Positions 38,666 through 50,859 of a stretch of 63,109 nucleotides of DNA are shown here, piece by piece. Position numbers and translations under genes: made by a program. Positions within the stretch are counted from its first letter, which is position 1. The number at the start of each line of letters is the position of its first letter. Source of the DNA: Octopus bimaculoides (lineage: Eukaryota); assembly GCF_001194135.2 (NCBI RefSeq), contig NC_068997.1, positions 33,201,630-33,264,738 on the forward strand, read 5' to 3'. The notes under the pieces are model-generated. The model saw only the letters and a program-made list of their open reading frames with translations. It made no database searches and had not been told where the DNA came from.

Positions 38666-39020
38666 TTTCTTTCCCTTGTTTCAATCATTAGACTGCGGCC
38701 ATGTTGGGGCAACGTTTTGATCGAATGAATTGATCCCAATACTTTTTTAAGCACTATACTTATTCAATCGATTTCTTTTGTCGAGCCTCTTAGTTACGGG
38801 GAGCGTAAACACACCAACACCGGGTGTCAAGTTGTGGGACAAGCACAGACACAAAAACACACAGACATATATATATATGACGGTCTTCTTTCAGGTTCCG
38901 GTTACCAAATCCACTCAAGGCTATTGTAGAAGACACTTACCTAAGGTTCCACGCAGTGAGACTGAACCCGGAACCATGTCGTTGAGAAGTAAGTTTCTTA
39001 CCACACAGCCAAGCGAAGCC
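38666..39020 (-). mobile_element. SINE family A, near full length
   Basis: Reverse complement of the 11044 copy with small deletions. Confidence 0.85.
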
Positions 39021-39264
39021 TGATTTTGAATTTACCCTTTAAATTATCTGATGTCACCAATGCTGTCTCAGGTTGATACTCGGTGTCAGGTCACACCATG
39101 ACACCAAATTAAGAGTTCTGATATTCCATTGACTTCGATCGTCAACGTTTCACATTTTCTACAAAATACCAAGGTTATTTATCTCATCCCCTAAAGTGTG
39201 GAGCTTAGATTCTAAATAGAAGCCAGTGTGCAAATGAATCATTTTAATTCTTATTATTGTTTAG

Positions 39265-39300
39265 CCCCAGGTCATCCCTGTTCCCACAGACTTAAGACAG
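39265..39300 (+). CDS. Candidate 36-nt exon (PQVIPVPTDLRQ), possibly exonised from a repeat
   Basis: Acceptor ttcttattattgtttag and perfect donor cag|gtaagt. The sequence also resembles the dispersed repeat at 22150 in the opposite orientation. Confidence 0.2.
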
Positions 39301-39699
39301 GTAAGTGGAATGATCCACAAACTCTACCTTCACTTACTTGAGGTCCACGCAGCACACTCAAACATTCTAGACTTTAACACATGACATGCAGTGTGCTAAT
39401 CTAAACATGGAACATATCCTTCTCTGTCCAGTCTCTCTAATTGTTGTCATTATTTCATTAGCATAACTGAATCATAACTGAACAGGATCTGTAACCAATG
39501 GCACTCACAAGTTGTGACAACCTCTCTCTTGGAAGAGGGGAAAATTAGTATCGTATGAATGTAATGTGGCTAAATAATGTAATGTGGCCAGGTCACTGGT
39601 TCGTTCCCACTGCGTGGTATCTTGTGCAGCTTCAAATTGACCCAAGCCTGAGAAATTGGGGAGACAGAAACTTTGTGGAAGCTTGTGGGATTGATTGTA

Positions 39700-40250
39700 C
39701 CTGCGGTTTAATTGTCACGGGGCTGCAAAGGAAGATTTTTCTTGTGGACTTTTGCGGAGATGTTGGCGTCAGGCATAATATATCCCATTATAATATAGCA
39801 CAACCAACATTTTCTATCACATCGTGGAGGTTTGTAGGTATTCTTACCTCTTTTATTGAGTGGCTATTTAGCTATCTTCTGTTCTCGCATAGGGAATAAG
39901 TGGGATGTGGTGCATCTAGCTGCAATGCCTATCAATGTTCTTAATAGCCTATGGTTTGCGGTAATCTATCTAAACAACTTTTTGTTGATGTTTCTTTTTT
40001 GCTGAGTATTTCTACCCTAAGATTTAATATCTACTCGGTAAAGCAACATATCTCTTCTCAACGAATACTCTTGCTTGTGCAGATGCTTCACTCGAAATAC
40101 AAGTTCACCCCAGTAGTTTTCTATCCCTTTCATATTACCGATCGAAGATTCCTTTCTATTCTTTTGTGATTTTGGTCTGATTCAAAAGTCTGCTGGAATT
40201 TCTTTTGACAGTTTTGATTTCCTGTCTTGTAATAATTTTATGAAGTGGTA
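39700..40250 (-). mobile_element. R4/Dong-type RLE LINE remnant
   Basis: The minus strand reads TSHLFPMREQKIAK*PLNKR...KPPRCDRKCWLC, matching the same pre-CCHC region as the other Dong-like fragments. Confidence 0.55.
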
Positions 40251-40800
40251 ATCCACATACTGTTTACCATTTTAACTTTACTGCGTGATTCATGTCTCTA
40301 TCTTCTCTAAACTGACGCTTTTTTTCTTTGCATTTTCTCAATGAAGATAACCTTTTTTTTCCATACTTGTATTTATGGTAACTGCTTAGGGAATATGTAT
40401 TACACGAAAGAATAACTAGCCCCTTCTACCAATGTGACTGACTTCGATGGCGTGTAAGTATACATACATATGTATGCAGATCTGTTTATCTGTCTGTATG
40501 TATATGTGTATGTATGTATGTATGTATGTATGTATGTATGTATGTATGTATGTATGTATGCTCTTCTTTTAAAATTCATTCTGTAACGAATAACCTAATC
40601 CCTAAATATAAAAAAAGACTTTTCTTTAGAGCTTAGGCTTCAACTACTACGCTCATGATATGCTAGTTTCCAAAAATCTTAAATAGTCTCAGTTATACTT
40701 ACTGACTGAATTTGTAAATAAGTGTGTTAGATGGTTCCAATCTTTGTATGACTTCGCTAACAGTACATTTTCTTTTTTATGTACTGAAAATCTATTGTAG

Positions 40801-40828
40801 CGTATTGCCATCTCAGAGGAACGTGCAG
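40801..40828 (+). CDS. Candidate 28-nt exon of an unidentified host gene
   Basis: Upstream pyrimidine tract, tgtag acceptor and strong donor cag|gtgaga. All three frames are open (RIAISEERA, VLPSQRNVQ, YCHLRGTC). Confidence 0.25.
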
Positions 40829-41500
40829 GTGAGAAATGTTTTTACAACTTTGGTGTAATACTGTTTCGATACTGCATCTGTGTTTCCAGTAACTATTTGC
40901 CACTGTATTTTAACCACGCAGTCGTGGCTAAACCGCTTATGTATGAATATCAGATTCATCCTTCTACACTGGAAAGAAAACGTTGTTATTAACTGTTATC
41001 TTTCAAGTCCAAAGGTAGCATCGATTACCAAAGGCTTTCGAGTCATGATCAACCCATCTATTTATGCGTGTTGTCCTGTACTCTTGTTTGTTTGTTTTTT
41101 TAAGACGGAATGATGTTATATGAAAAATATTTGGTTGCTATTTCTAGCAAGCAAAATGACCACGTTATAGTCGTTCTATTTTATTTTCAACTAAACTATC
41201 GCCCATATCAGAGATCCTTTATATGTAAGTAATTGTGACATAGTGACACATACTGAGACTCAAATGTAACTATTCATAGATCATCTCTTTGTTGCTTGCA
41301 AAGCCCTCACATTCTCTCCAAATCTTAAAACGTCTGTGGACATGCACAAACCTGTTCCAAACCAATCTTGTGTTAAGCCTGCAATCCTCGTCAATTAAAA
41401 ACCTTTTTAGATGACTCAGTGTTCTGTGTACCCTAGCAGCCTGGCATAGAAGCAAATTACTCGTAACATGTGATCCAGCACAACATGCTGCATGGTCGGG

Positions 41501-41600
41501 CTGTCAGTCTGATGAGGGATTTTCAAGAAAGCCAGTCTGATGAGGGAGGTTACATGAAACCCAGTAGTACAAAGACAGTGGGGATATCGACTGAGGAAGC
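41501..41600 (+). ncRNA. Decayed tandem hammerhead-like motifs
   Basis: Two copies of cagtCTGATGAggga, each followed ~11-12 nt later by GAAA (second: GAAACccaGTA), and a third CTGAGGA at ~41591. Stem II pairing is poor. Confidence 0.3.
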
Positions 41601-41938
41601 TAGTATTGGGTCAAAGACTATCTGACAATAGCGTACGAACTTACTGTCGCTACGAGCAGTGAATGACACTTTAACTGTAATTACAGACTGTCTCTTAGAG
41701 GAAGGTTATTCTAGTAATAAACCCGATAAAGTTGATGTGATATATGCCTTCTTTTATTTTGTCCCTTAGATCCTTGACTAAGAGAATGTAAGAGTTGTTC
41801 GGGTGTTGTGCAAGCTGTTCTCCACCTGCATTTCGCGCAGCCATTTCTGGTGATATATTTTTCTAATTATCAAATGAACAGCCATCATATACATATATAT
41901 ATATACATGGATACATACATACAAACATACACACACAT

Positions 41939-41982
<44 letters not shown>

Positions 41983-42005
41983 ACACATATATATATACAT
42001 ATATT

Positions 42006-42038
<33 letters not shown>

Positions 42039-42604
42039 ATATATATATANNNNNNNNNNNNNNNNNNNNNNNNNNNNNNNNNNNNNNNNNNNNNNNNNNN
42101 NNNNNNNNNNNNNNNNNNNNNNNNNNNNNNNNNNNNNNNNNNNNNNCGCACATAAACATATATATGCATGTATGAATGCATGCCTGTTTGAATATGTATA
42201 TTATGACTTATGTATGTATATGTATATATATATATATATTTGTATCTTTGCATGTATACATGTGTATACGTTTTACATATTTTCAGAATGCTATACGTGC
42301 CTTGTAATTACAATTTCATAATTTGCCGTATGCCTTCTTGTTTTGTGAAGTTCAGCTCTGCAAGATCGATGCTGAGGCAGTTACATAATAAGCAAGTACC
42401 TAACAGTACCCAATAATTATAGGTATAAGTCTAGTTATAGTCGGGGTATAGTATATAGAGATTTCTCATTATTCGGCATAGATGCTCTTTTTTTTCCTTT
42501 TTATTCCTAAAAAATAATCTGCCAGTCAACTAAATTTCTACCACAGTGCACACAGACTTTTCTCTGTCCCATATCATTGCGTTTGATCGATTTTGTGTAT
42601 GTAC

Positions 42605-42674
<70 letters not shown>

Positions 42675-43225
42675 CACATAAATATGAAGACCAGAATATA
42701 TAAATATATATGTGTGTATAGAGAAATCCTTCTAATTGGAATTTTAAAATATAATTTGACCAACTATTCATTCGGTAACGTAAATATGTAGGCAGCGACA
42801 TGTGTGCGCGCGTGCGTTCGTACATATGTCGGTGTGTGCGTGTGTGGGGGTGTGTGTGTTGTGTGTGAGTGTGGCCATACATACATATACACATACACAG
42901 GTGTTGGTATGTGTACATACCTATATTTGTGCATGCGTCAATGTATGTATTTGCCTATTTGCCTTACAGAACTATTCTTGTTTGTAGAATCAAAACGCGC
43001 CCTCAGACATATATGAGGCCTGAAAAGAAAAAGAAACTCAGAAAAACGAGCAATACATTCGCTCATTTCTATGTATGTATGTACGTATGTATGTACGTTT
43101 GTATGTATGTACGTATGAACGTATGTATGTATGCACGTATGTATGTATGTATGTATGTATGTATGTATGTATGTGTGTGTGTATGTATGTATGAATTCAA
43201 GCATGCATGTATATATGCATGTAAG

Positions 43226-43268
<43 letters not shown>

Positions 43269-43928
43269 NNNNNNNNNNNNNNNNNNNNNNNNNNNNNNNN
43301 NNNNNNNNNNNNNNNNNNNNNNNNNNNNNNNNNNNNNNNNNNNNNNNNNNNNNNNNNNNNNNNNNNNNNNNNNNNNNNNNNNNNNNNNNNNNNNNNNNNN
43401 NNNNNNNNNNNNNNNNNNNNNNNNNNNNNNNNNNNNNNNNNNNNNNNNNNNNNNNNNNNNNNNNNNNNNNNNNNNNNNNNNNNNNNNNNNNNNNNNNNNN
43501 NNNNNNNNNNNNNNNNNNNNNNNNNNNNNNNNNNNNNNNNNNNNNNNNNNNNNNNNNNNNNNNNNNNNNNNNNNNNNNNNNNNNNNNNNNNNNNNNNNNN
43601 NNNNNNNNNNNNNNNNNNNNNNNNNNNNNNTATATATATATATATATATATATGTATATGTAAGCACATAAGTACATATATGTTATACGTATACATACGT
43701 ACTTGAACATACTTAAACATTTTTCTTTATATACATACATACACGCCTATGTATGTATGTATGTATTATGTACGAATGTACATATATATGTGTGTGTGCA
43801 TATAAATGTAATATATATGTATATGTATATATATATGATTATACATGTATATATGTGTATGTGTGTAGATATATGTATCTGTATATATGTGCATAAAATA
43901 TACTCATATATTTATGCGAATAAAAAGG

Positions 43929-44024
<96 letters not shown>

Positions 44025-44426
44025 TGTGTGTAGGAACTCTCCTACATGGCATAATAGAGAACCAGGAAAGGCAGACAGGGAGAGAGAACTGGAGGGAGCG
44101 AAGGCAGAGGGTTTCTTGTGTAGCCTCGGAGAGAAAGAGGGGTGAGAGAGGAAATGTGACGCGGAGGGCGGGTTGGCATCCCCATCCCCTGTCCCAAACC
44201 CCCGCACTTTACACTCCCCAACTCCACCATCCGTCGTAATGTAAGAGGGGCAGGGGAGGGAACTCGACCTCGTCATAGACAGCAGTAAGCCTAGAAAAGA
44301 GAGAAAAGAGGTTGTCAGCCCACCACCCAACCCACCTAGACAGCCACTGTCATTGGCTCAGCTCACGTCTGTTGCACAATTGATTTTGTTGGCCCATCAT
44401 TCATGAACTAGCAATCAGATGCAGAG

Positions 44427-44524
44427 GTTGCCATGGCAATCAGCCTGTTGCAATGGAATCTGCAGTAATACAGCTGCTTCTATTTACTGCATCAACTCCT
44501 ACTGCATCTGGTTAATATGGCAAT
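44427..44524. promoter_or_regulatory. Cluster of RFX X-box-like motifs in a repeat-free, GC-richer island
   Basis: GTTGCCATGGCAAT (44427-40, one mismatch to the palindromic consensus GTTGCCATGGCAAC), GTTGCAATGGAAT (44447-59) and GTTAATATGGCAAT (44511-24). Inverted CCAAT at 44352-56 and GGGCGGG at ~44166. Confidence 0.5.
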
Positions 44525-44690
44525 CAGTCTGCCATATTTTGCAGCAGCAAACTTACTGCCACTCTTCAACCACTCAATCTTCTACAGCCCCTTCATTGTA
44601 TGCATATTTGTGTGCATCTATGTGCGCATGTACCTGTGTGCATTTGAGTGTATGTATGTGTGAATAATATATATATATTTATGCGTGTAA

Positions 44691-44721
<31 letters not shown>

Positions 44722-44837
44722 ACTGCTCATATGAAAGTATGAGAATACATGCGTGCATATATATATATATATACACATATATATACGCATGTGTATATAT
44801 ATACATATATGTTTTTATATATTCTCTTTTATTCTTA

Positions 44838-45105
44838 TACTTGTTTCAGTCATTTGACTGCGGCCATGCTAGAGCACCATCACCTTGAAGGGTGTTACTC
44901 GAAGAAATCGACACTAGGACTTATTCTTTGTAAGCCTAGTACCTATTCAATCGGTAATATTTGCCGAACCGCTAAGTTACAGAGACATAAATACACCAAC
45001 ACCGGTTTATCAAGCGATGGCGGGGGACAAATACAGACACACACAAATATATACGACCAGCTTCTTCCAGTTTCCGTCTACCAAATCTACTCACAAGGCT
45101 TTGAA
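44838..45105 (-). mobile_element. SINE family A lacking its head
   Basis: Reverse complement of the tail and body; similarity stops at ~45105. Confidence 0.85.
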
Positions 45106-45119
45106 TCTCGAAGCAAATA

Positions 45120-45260
45120 AAGTTATAACTAATAGTGTGTAAACGTCGGGTTGAAAACTTCATGGGAAGAAAAAGTCGAAGGATTGCCGTGGGACTCGAA
45201 TCTGCATCTCTTGTAACCATCACAAGCAATCTGCCTTTGAACCAAAGCAATCTTTCGATT
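45120..45260 (-). mobile_element. Third tRNA-head SINE-like element
   Basis: Minus strand tggttcaaaggcagattgcttgtgatggttacaagagatgcagattcgagtcccacgg has A/B-box-like motifs. Bracketed by the direct repeat aatctcgaagcaa at ~45105 and ~45377. Confidence 0.4.
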
Positions 45261-46033
45261 TTTTTCCATCATTTTCGAAATTTTATTCTTACCAGCGATA
45301 ATTAATTGTGTGTTGTTGACGTCGTATGAATCTAGAAACTTCGACAACGTGAAATGATTTTTTTTAGAAACGGTTAATCTCGAAGCAAGTAATATTATAG
45401 ATAATAGCGAGTAAGCATTGGATGAAAAATCCTTTATTCATTTAAATTCTTTTCACTTGCAACATGAGTAAATCGTGCTTTTTAATTATGGAAACGGGTA
45501 GCATCTTTGATAAAAATGTAAATGTTTTCTTTCTTCTCCGCATGATGAAGTTCTCAAAGTATTTTCTCTCCTTTGTTTTCTTAAAAAAAAACTTGCTCGT
45601 GAGGAACTTAACCATTTATATGGTGCTCCGGCATGGATACAGCCTTAGTTCTGAAACGTATCTCAACGCTTCTAAAAGAGAACAAACTTTGTTTACTTTC
45701 ATTGTAAAGTTGAATTTAACGTTAGCGTCTTATGAAGCTAAATTTATAAGTTCTAAAATTGCAGAAGAATTCGTTGCTGGGCAGTTTAGTTTAATGGTAA
45801 AACAATTGACGCGTAATCACAGAGATGTGAATTCAAGTCTCATGGCTGGCTAGTAACGTATTTTTCTGCAGTAAATGGATAATTTATCCTTATCACGCTA
45901 TTTATAGCATTATCACGCGTTTGAGAATTAAATTTATTTCTGTATCCTACAATACATCTCAACGCTTCTAAAAAAAAAAAAAACTTTGTTTGTTTACTTT
46001 CATCGTAAAGTTGAATATATATATACACACACA

Positions 46034-47468
46034 CACTGGCCAAAAAGTTTAAGACCGATGTTGACAGTTCTATTCCTTCATTAATTTATTTTTAACAAAA
46101 CCGTAAAAAATTATTTTACGTTTTACAGTTTATGTAGAATTTTTTTCTCTTTTGAATGATATAGGCTTTATATATCTTTCTAGAATTTGAATAATTTTAA
46201 TGCGCAATTAATTCAAATGATTAAATATTATCAGCAGAATAAGTTTAAGACTGTACCAACATTATTTTGTTTAAATTGAAAATTTACGGCACAACGAACA
46301 AAAATTTATTATTAGTATCTAATTCCATAGCCATTATTTTCAATTATGGCCTTACCACGGCGGGTCATGGAGTTCGACAAATGAGCACAAAAATCACTTG
46401 GAATGTTTTACCATATTTCTTCAATAAAATTATATAATTGGGACGAATCTGTTGGTTTTTTAGCATGAACTCTTTTAGAAACATAATTTCATAAATTTTC
46501 TATCGGATCCAAATCCGGACTCTGCGGAGGCCACTTAATAACCATCATATAATTGCGCTCAAAATATTGCAAAACTTTCCTAGCCTTATGGACGGGGAAA
46601 TTGTCCTGTTGGAAAATAGATCCCGGTGGCATCTGATTATTTAAATATGGCAGCACAGTTTCATTTACTAATTGCAGATAGCCTACATTGTTCAGTCTGC
46701 CATCAACCTTAACAATTGGACCATCATCTAAGCTGTTGAACGCGGCCTACATTATTACACCACCACCACCCCACCATCTCCCGCTTGCGCCGTTTTCTTC
46801 ACACATTTAGGATGGAATTCTTCGGTTGGACAGCATCTAGCATAAGTCTTTCCGTCAGGTCCAAAGATACAGAAGCGAGATTCGTCGCTCAAAAGAACTT
46901 TTGACCAGTCTTCGGCCGACCATTCAATATGGCTTTTAGCAAACTTGATCTGCTTCTGTCGGTTCGTCTCAGAAATAATCGGCTTCTTTCAAGCGATCTG
47001 GCCATATAGTTTAAATTCTTTGAGGCAGGTTCTCATGTTTAAACACAAGCCATTTTGCTGCATCGTAATTGCTTGCTAATGTTCATGGAGGACACATTTT
47101 GCTTATGAAGCAACATGATCTTTGATCTAGTAACTGGGCTGATACTTCGACGCTTTCCCATAACGAAATAATGTATAACAATGCTCGATTGTTAAACAAA
47201 ACAGTGCAGTACTAGCAGCCATATGACCACGCATTTAGTTTATTAATTTGCATAATCTTGATACGGTCTTAAACTTATTTTGCCGACAATTTCTACTCAT
47301 TTGAATTAATTGCGCATTAAAATTATTCAAATAGAGACAAATTCTACATAGACTGTAAAGAGTAAAATGATTTTATACATTTAAAAATATATTAATATAT
47401 TTTTATATTAAAAATATATTAATGAAAGAATAGAAGTATCATCACTGGTCTTAAACTTATTTTGGCCA

Positions 47469-47471
<3 letters not shown>
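46034..47471 (-). mobile_element. Complete IR/DR-type Tc1 transposon (1.44 kb) with ~210-230-bp TIRs
   Basis: Ends cactggccaaaaagtttaagacc / ggtcttaaacttatttggccagtg. Inner direct repeats aataagtttaagact (~46240) and ggtcttaaacttatt (~47265). The TIR interiors match each other. Confidence 0.93.
46312..47161 (-). pseudogene. Tc1 DD34E transposase pseudogene
   Basis: Starts MGKRRSISP; WSKVLLSDESRF, FQQDNFPVH, WPPQSPDLDPIENL* and GYGIRY*. Has a stop, frameshifts and an internal deletion. Confidence 0.9.
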
Positions 47472-47508
<37 letters not shown>

Positions 47509-47887
47509 GTGTGTGTATGTGTGTGTGTGTGTGTGTGTGTATAGATTGTTTGAAGTAATGTNNNNNNNNNNNNNNNNNNNNNNNNNNNNNNNNNNNNNNN
47601 NNNNNNNNNNNNNNNNNNNNNNNNNNNNNNNNNNNNNNNNNNNNNNNNNNNNNNNATATCCATTCTATTCAGCTGTTGTCCTTCCATTCCTGAACGAAAT
47701 GTCAGCATACTATTGCTGGCCTATCTATTTTGATCATAAACTACCTGTCTCCTCTGGCCAGTCCCGAGTTACAGGGCGATTAGCCTTGGTCATCGGACTC
47801 AGAGCACAAACAGCCTGAACAGGTAACCCATAACGAATGCCTCAAGACTCCGTCACTCACTGTCTGTCTCTCCCTGTCTCTCTCTCT

Positions 47888-47941
<54 letters not shown>

Positions 47942-48226
47942 TTCTCTTGCTCGCTCGCTTGCTCTCTGTATATTTATGTGTATGTGTGTGTGTGTGTGTG
48001 TGTGTATAGATTGTTTGAAGTAATGTACAGATTTTATAGACTAAAGAAAAAGAGTGTAGTCAGAATGTTCCATAATTATTAAGTGCATTCATCTCGTTTG
48101 TTTCCGAGACTCATCAGATATGATTTCTCACAGAAAAGTTATGCCTTTTATATAAATCTGGAAGAGAATATTCTTTTGTTATTTTCATGTGTGTGTGTGT
48201 GTGTGCGCGTGCTTGTGTGTGTGTGC

Positions 48227-48273
<47 letters not shown>

Positions 48274-48420
48274 TGTGCGTGCTTGTGTGTGTATATGTGT
48301 GTGTGGTACGTGCGCGCACATATGTGCGTGCATGCATGTTTGTAAGTATGTGTGTGAGAGGTGAATTTTTGGATGTTTAGTTCGATGAAGAAAAAAGAGG
48401 AAAAATAAGAAAGAAAGAAT

Positions 48421-48520
48421 GAAAGAAAGATTTAAAGAAAGAAAGAAAGATTTAAAGAAAGAAAGAAAGATTTAAAGAAAGAAAGAAAAATTTAAAGAAA
48501 TAAAGAAAGATTTAAAGAAA
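48421..48520. repeat. 20-bp tandem repeat (AAAG-derived, unit aaagaaagaaagatttaaag), about 5 copies
   Basis: Seen directly. Confidence 0.9.
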
Positions 48521-48661
48521 CAAACAAACAAACAAACTAATAAACAAACAGGGGACATATTTCCTGAGATGGTTTGTATTGTATTTTTATGGTCAGTTGC
48601 TACACAGTTAGAAGTTAATGACATTTCAAGATGTCAATCTTATTTTAGTCATTGTTTTGAA

Positions 48662-48771
<110 letters not shown>

Positions 48772-48942
48772 TTTTCTCTGTGCTTTGCATGTGTGTGGTG
48801 AATTTTCCTTCTTTCTCTCTATTACGTCAACAGAGTAGACACGTATGTATGTACGTATGTCTATGTATGTGTGTGTATGTGTTTGTGTTTGTGTGTGTTA
48901 AGTGTATTATGTATGCGTGCGTGTGTGTAATGTGTGTATGTG

Positions 48943-48984
<42 letters not shown>

Positions 48985-48993
48985 TAAATATTG

Positions 48994-49092
<99 letters not shown>

Positions 49093-49309
49093 TGTCTCTG
49101 CTCGTGCCAAATCTAAGCATCATACATTACTAAAAATCTATACATCATGCATGTATATGCATATACATTGATAAAGAATACAATACATATATAGCTCTAG
49201 ACCATCAACCTACCACATTGCTTCATTTTAGACCACCTGAGATTATATATCATGAATATGGTCGGTACGAAGAAATACAAACCGGTCTGGTAATATCTCT
49301 ATATGTCTA

Positions 49310-49745
49310 AGGCGGCGAGCTGGCAGAACCGTTAGCACGCTGGGCGAAATGCTTAGCGGTATTTCGTCTGCCGCAACGTTCTGAGTTCAAATTCCGCCGA
49401 GGTCGACTTTGTCTTTCATCCTTTCGGGGGCGATGAAATAAGTACCAGTTACGCACTGGGGTCGATATAATCAACTTAATCCGTTTGTCTGTCCTTGTTC
49501 GTCCCCTCTGTGTGTAGCCCCTTGTGGGCAGTAAAGAAATAAGAAACGTTAGCACGTCGGGCGAAATGCTTAGCGGTATTTCGTCTGTCTCTATATTCTG
49601 AGTTCGAATTCCGCCGTGGTCGACTTTGCCTTTCATGCTTTCGGAGTCGATAAATTAAGTACCAGTTGCTCACTGGGGGTCGATCTAATCGACTGACCCC
49701 TTCCCCAAAAATATCGGACCTTACGCCTCGAGTAGAAAAGCATAT
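49310..49745 (+). mobile_element. SINE family B, tandem dimer
   Basis: Two consecutive bodies starting at ~49310 and ~49545, with alternative 3' ends. Confidence 0.88.
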
Positions 49746-49807
49746 CTCTATATGTCTATCAGTGACCAAACCATTTCTTCGATATATATAAGTTCTGTAC
49801 ATTTTAT

Positions 49808-50006
49808 CTCTTACTTGTTTCAGTCATTAGACTTTGGCAATGCTGGAACACTGCCTTGAAGAGTTTTTAATCGAAAGAATCACCCCAAATACTTATTTTA
49901 TTTAAGCCTTGGAGTTATACTATAGGTTTCTTTTTCCGAACCGCTAAGTTACGGGGACGTAATCACAACGACACCGGTCGTCAAGTGGTGGTGAGATACA
50001 CGCACG

Positions 50007-50069
<63 letters not shown>

Positions 50070-50452
50070 NNNNNNNNNNNNNNNNNNNNNNNNNNNNNNN
50101 NNNNNNNNNNNNNNNNNNNNNNNNNNNNNNNNNNNNNNNNNNNNNNNNNNNNNNNNNNNNNNNNNNNNNNNNNNNNNNNNNNNNNNNNNNNNNNNNNNNN
50201 NNNNNNNNNNNNNNNNNNNNNNNNNNNNNNNNNNNNNNNNNNNNNNNNNNNNNNNNNNNNNNNNNNTATATATATATATATATACGACAGGCTTCTTTCA
50301 GTTTAAAATATATTCCATGATGGAACTTGTAAGATTTTGGTCCACCCGAGGCTATAGTTGAAGACACCTACCCAAGATGTCACTCAGTAGGACTGAATCC
50401 TGAACAGTGTGGTCGGGAAGCAAACTTCTTACCACACAACCACGCCTGTGCC
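49808..50452 (-). mobile_element. SINE family A spanning an N-gap
   Basis: Tail at 49808, head at 50452, gap inside the internal microsatellite. Confidence 0.8.
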
Positions 50453-50859
50453 TACCAGTTATTTAGAAACAAGTTGGAATATATTCTATGATGGAACTTG
50501 TAAGCAGGAAAGCGTGATCAAGTGTTATATCATCCGGGTAGAATGATTGGCCAGGAGAACACTTGGCGTACTCTAAATTAGCACCCCACGTTTAATTTAT
50601 CTTACTGAAAGCAATATTTGGGTAAGTCGATTAGACGCATGATGAAACCCATGTTATTGACATTCAAACGTGAAAGCTACTAACCAATGAAAGAAACGCT
50701 GGTAGCGAACATCTGTATCGAAAACCTAAACAAAAGAAAGGCAAGCTTAACAATGAGTCAAACAACCTTTGAATGCTGCATTACATGCCAACTACCAAGT
50801 GTGGAAGTGCAACCATGGATCAAAGTCTGTATGTATGTATACAGGTCATTATATGCAAA

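Noticed and set aside
47519-48026. Repeated (TG)n-tatagattgtttgaagtaatgt before the gap and again at ~48005
   Set aside because: Gap-adjacent duplicate of a contig end; probably an assembly artefact.
48095-48120. Minus-strand CTGATGAgtctcgGAAAC
   Set aside because: Stem II cannot close and there is no UH site at the required position.
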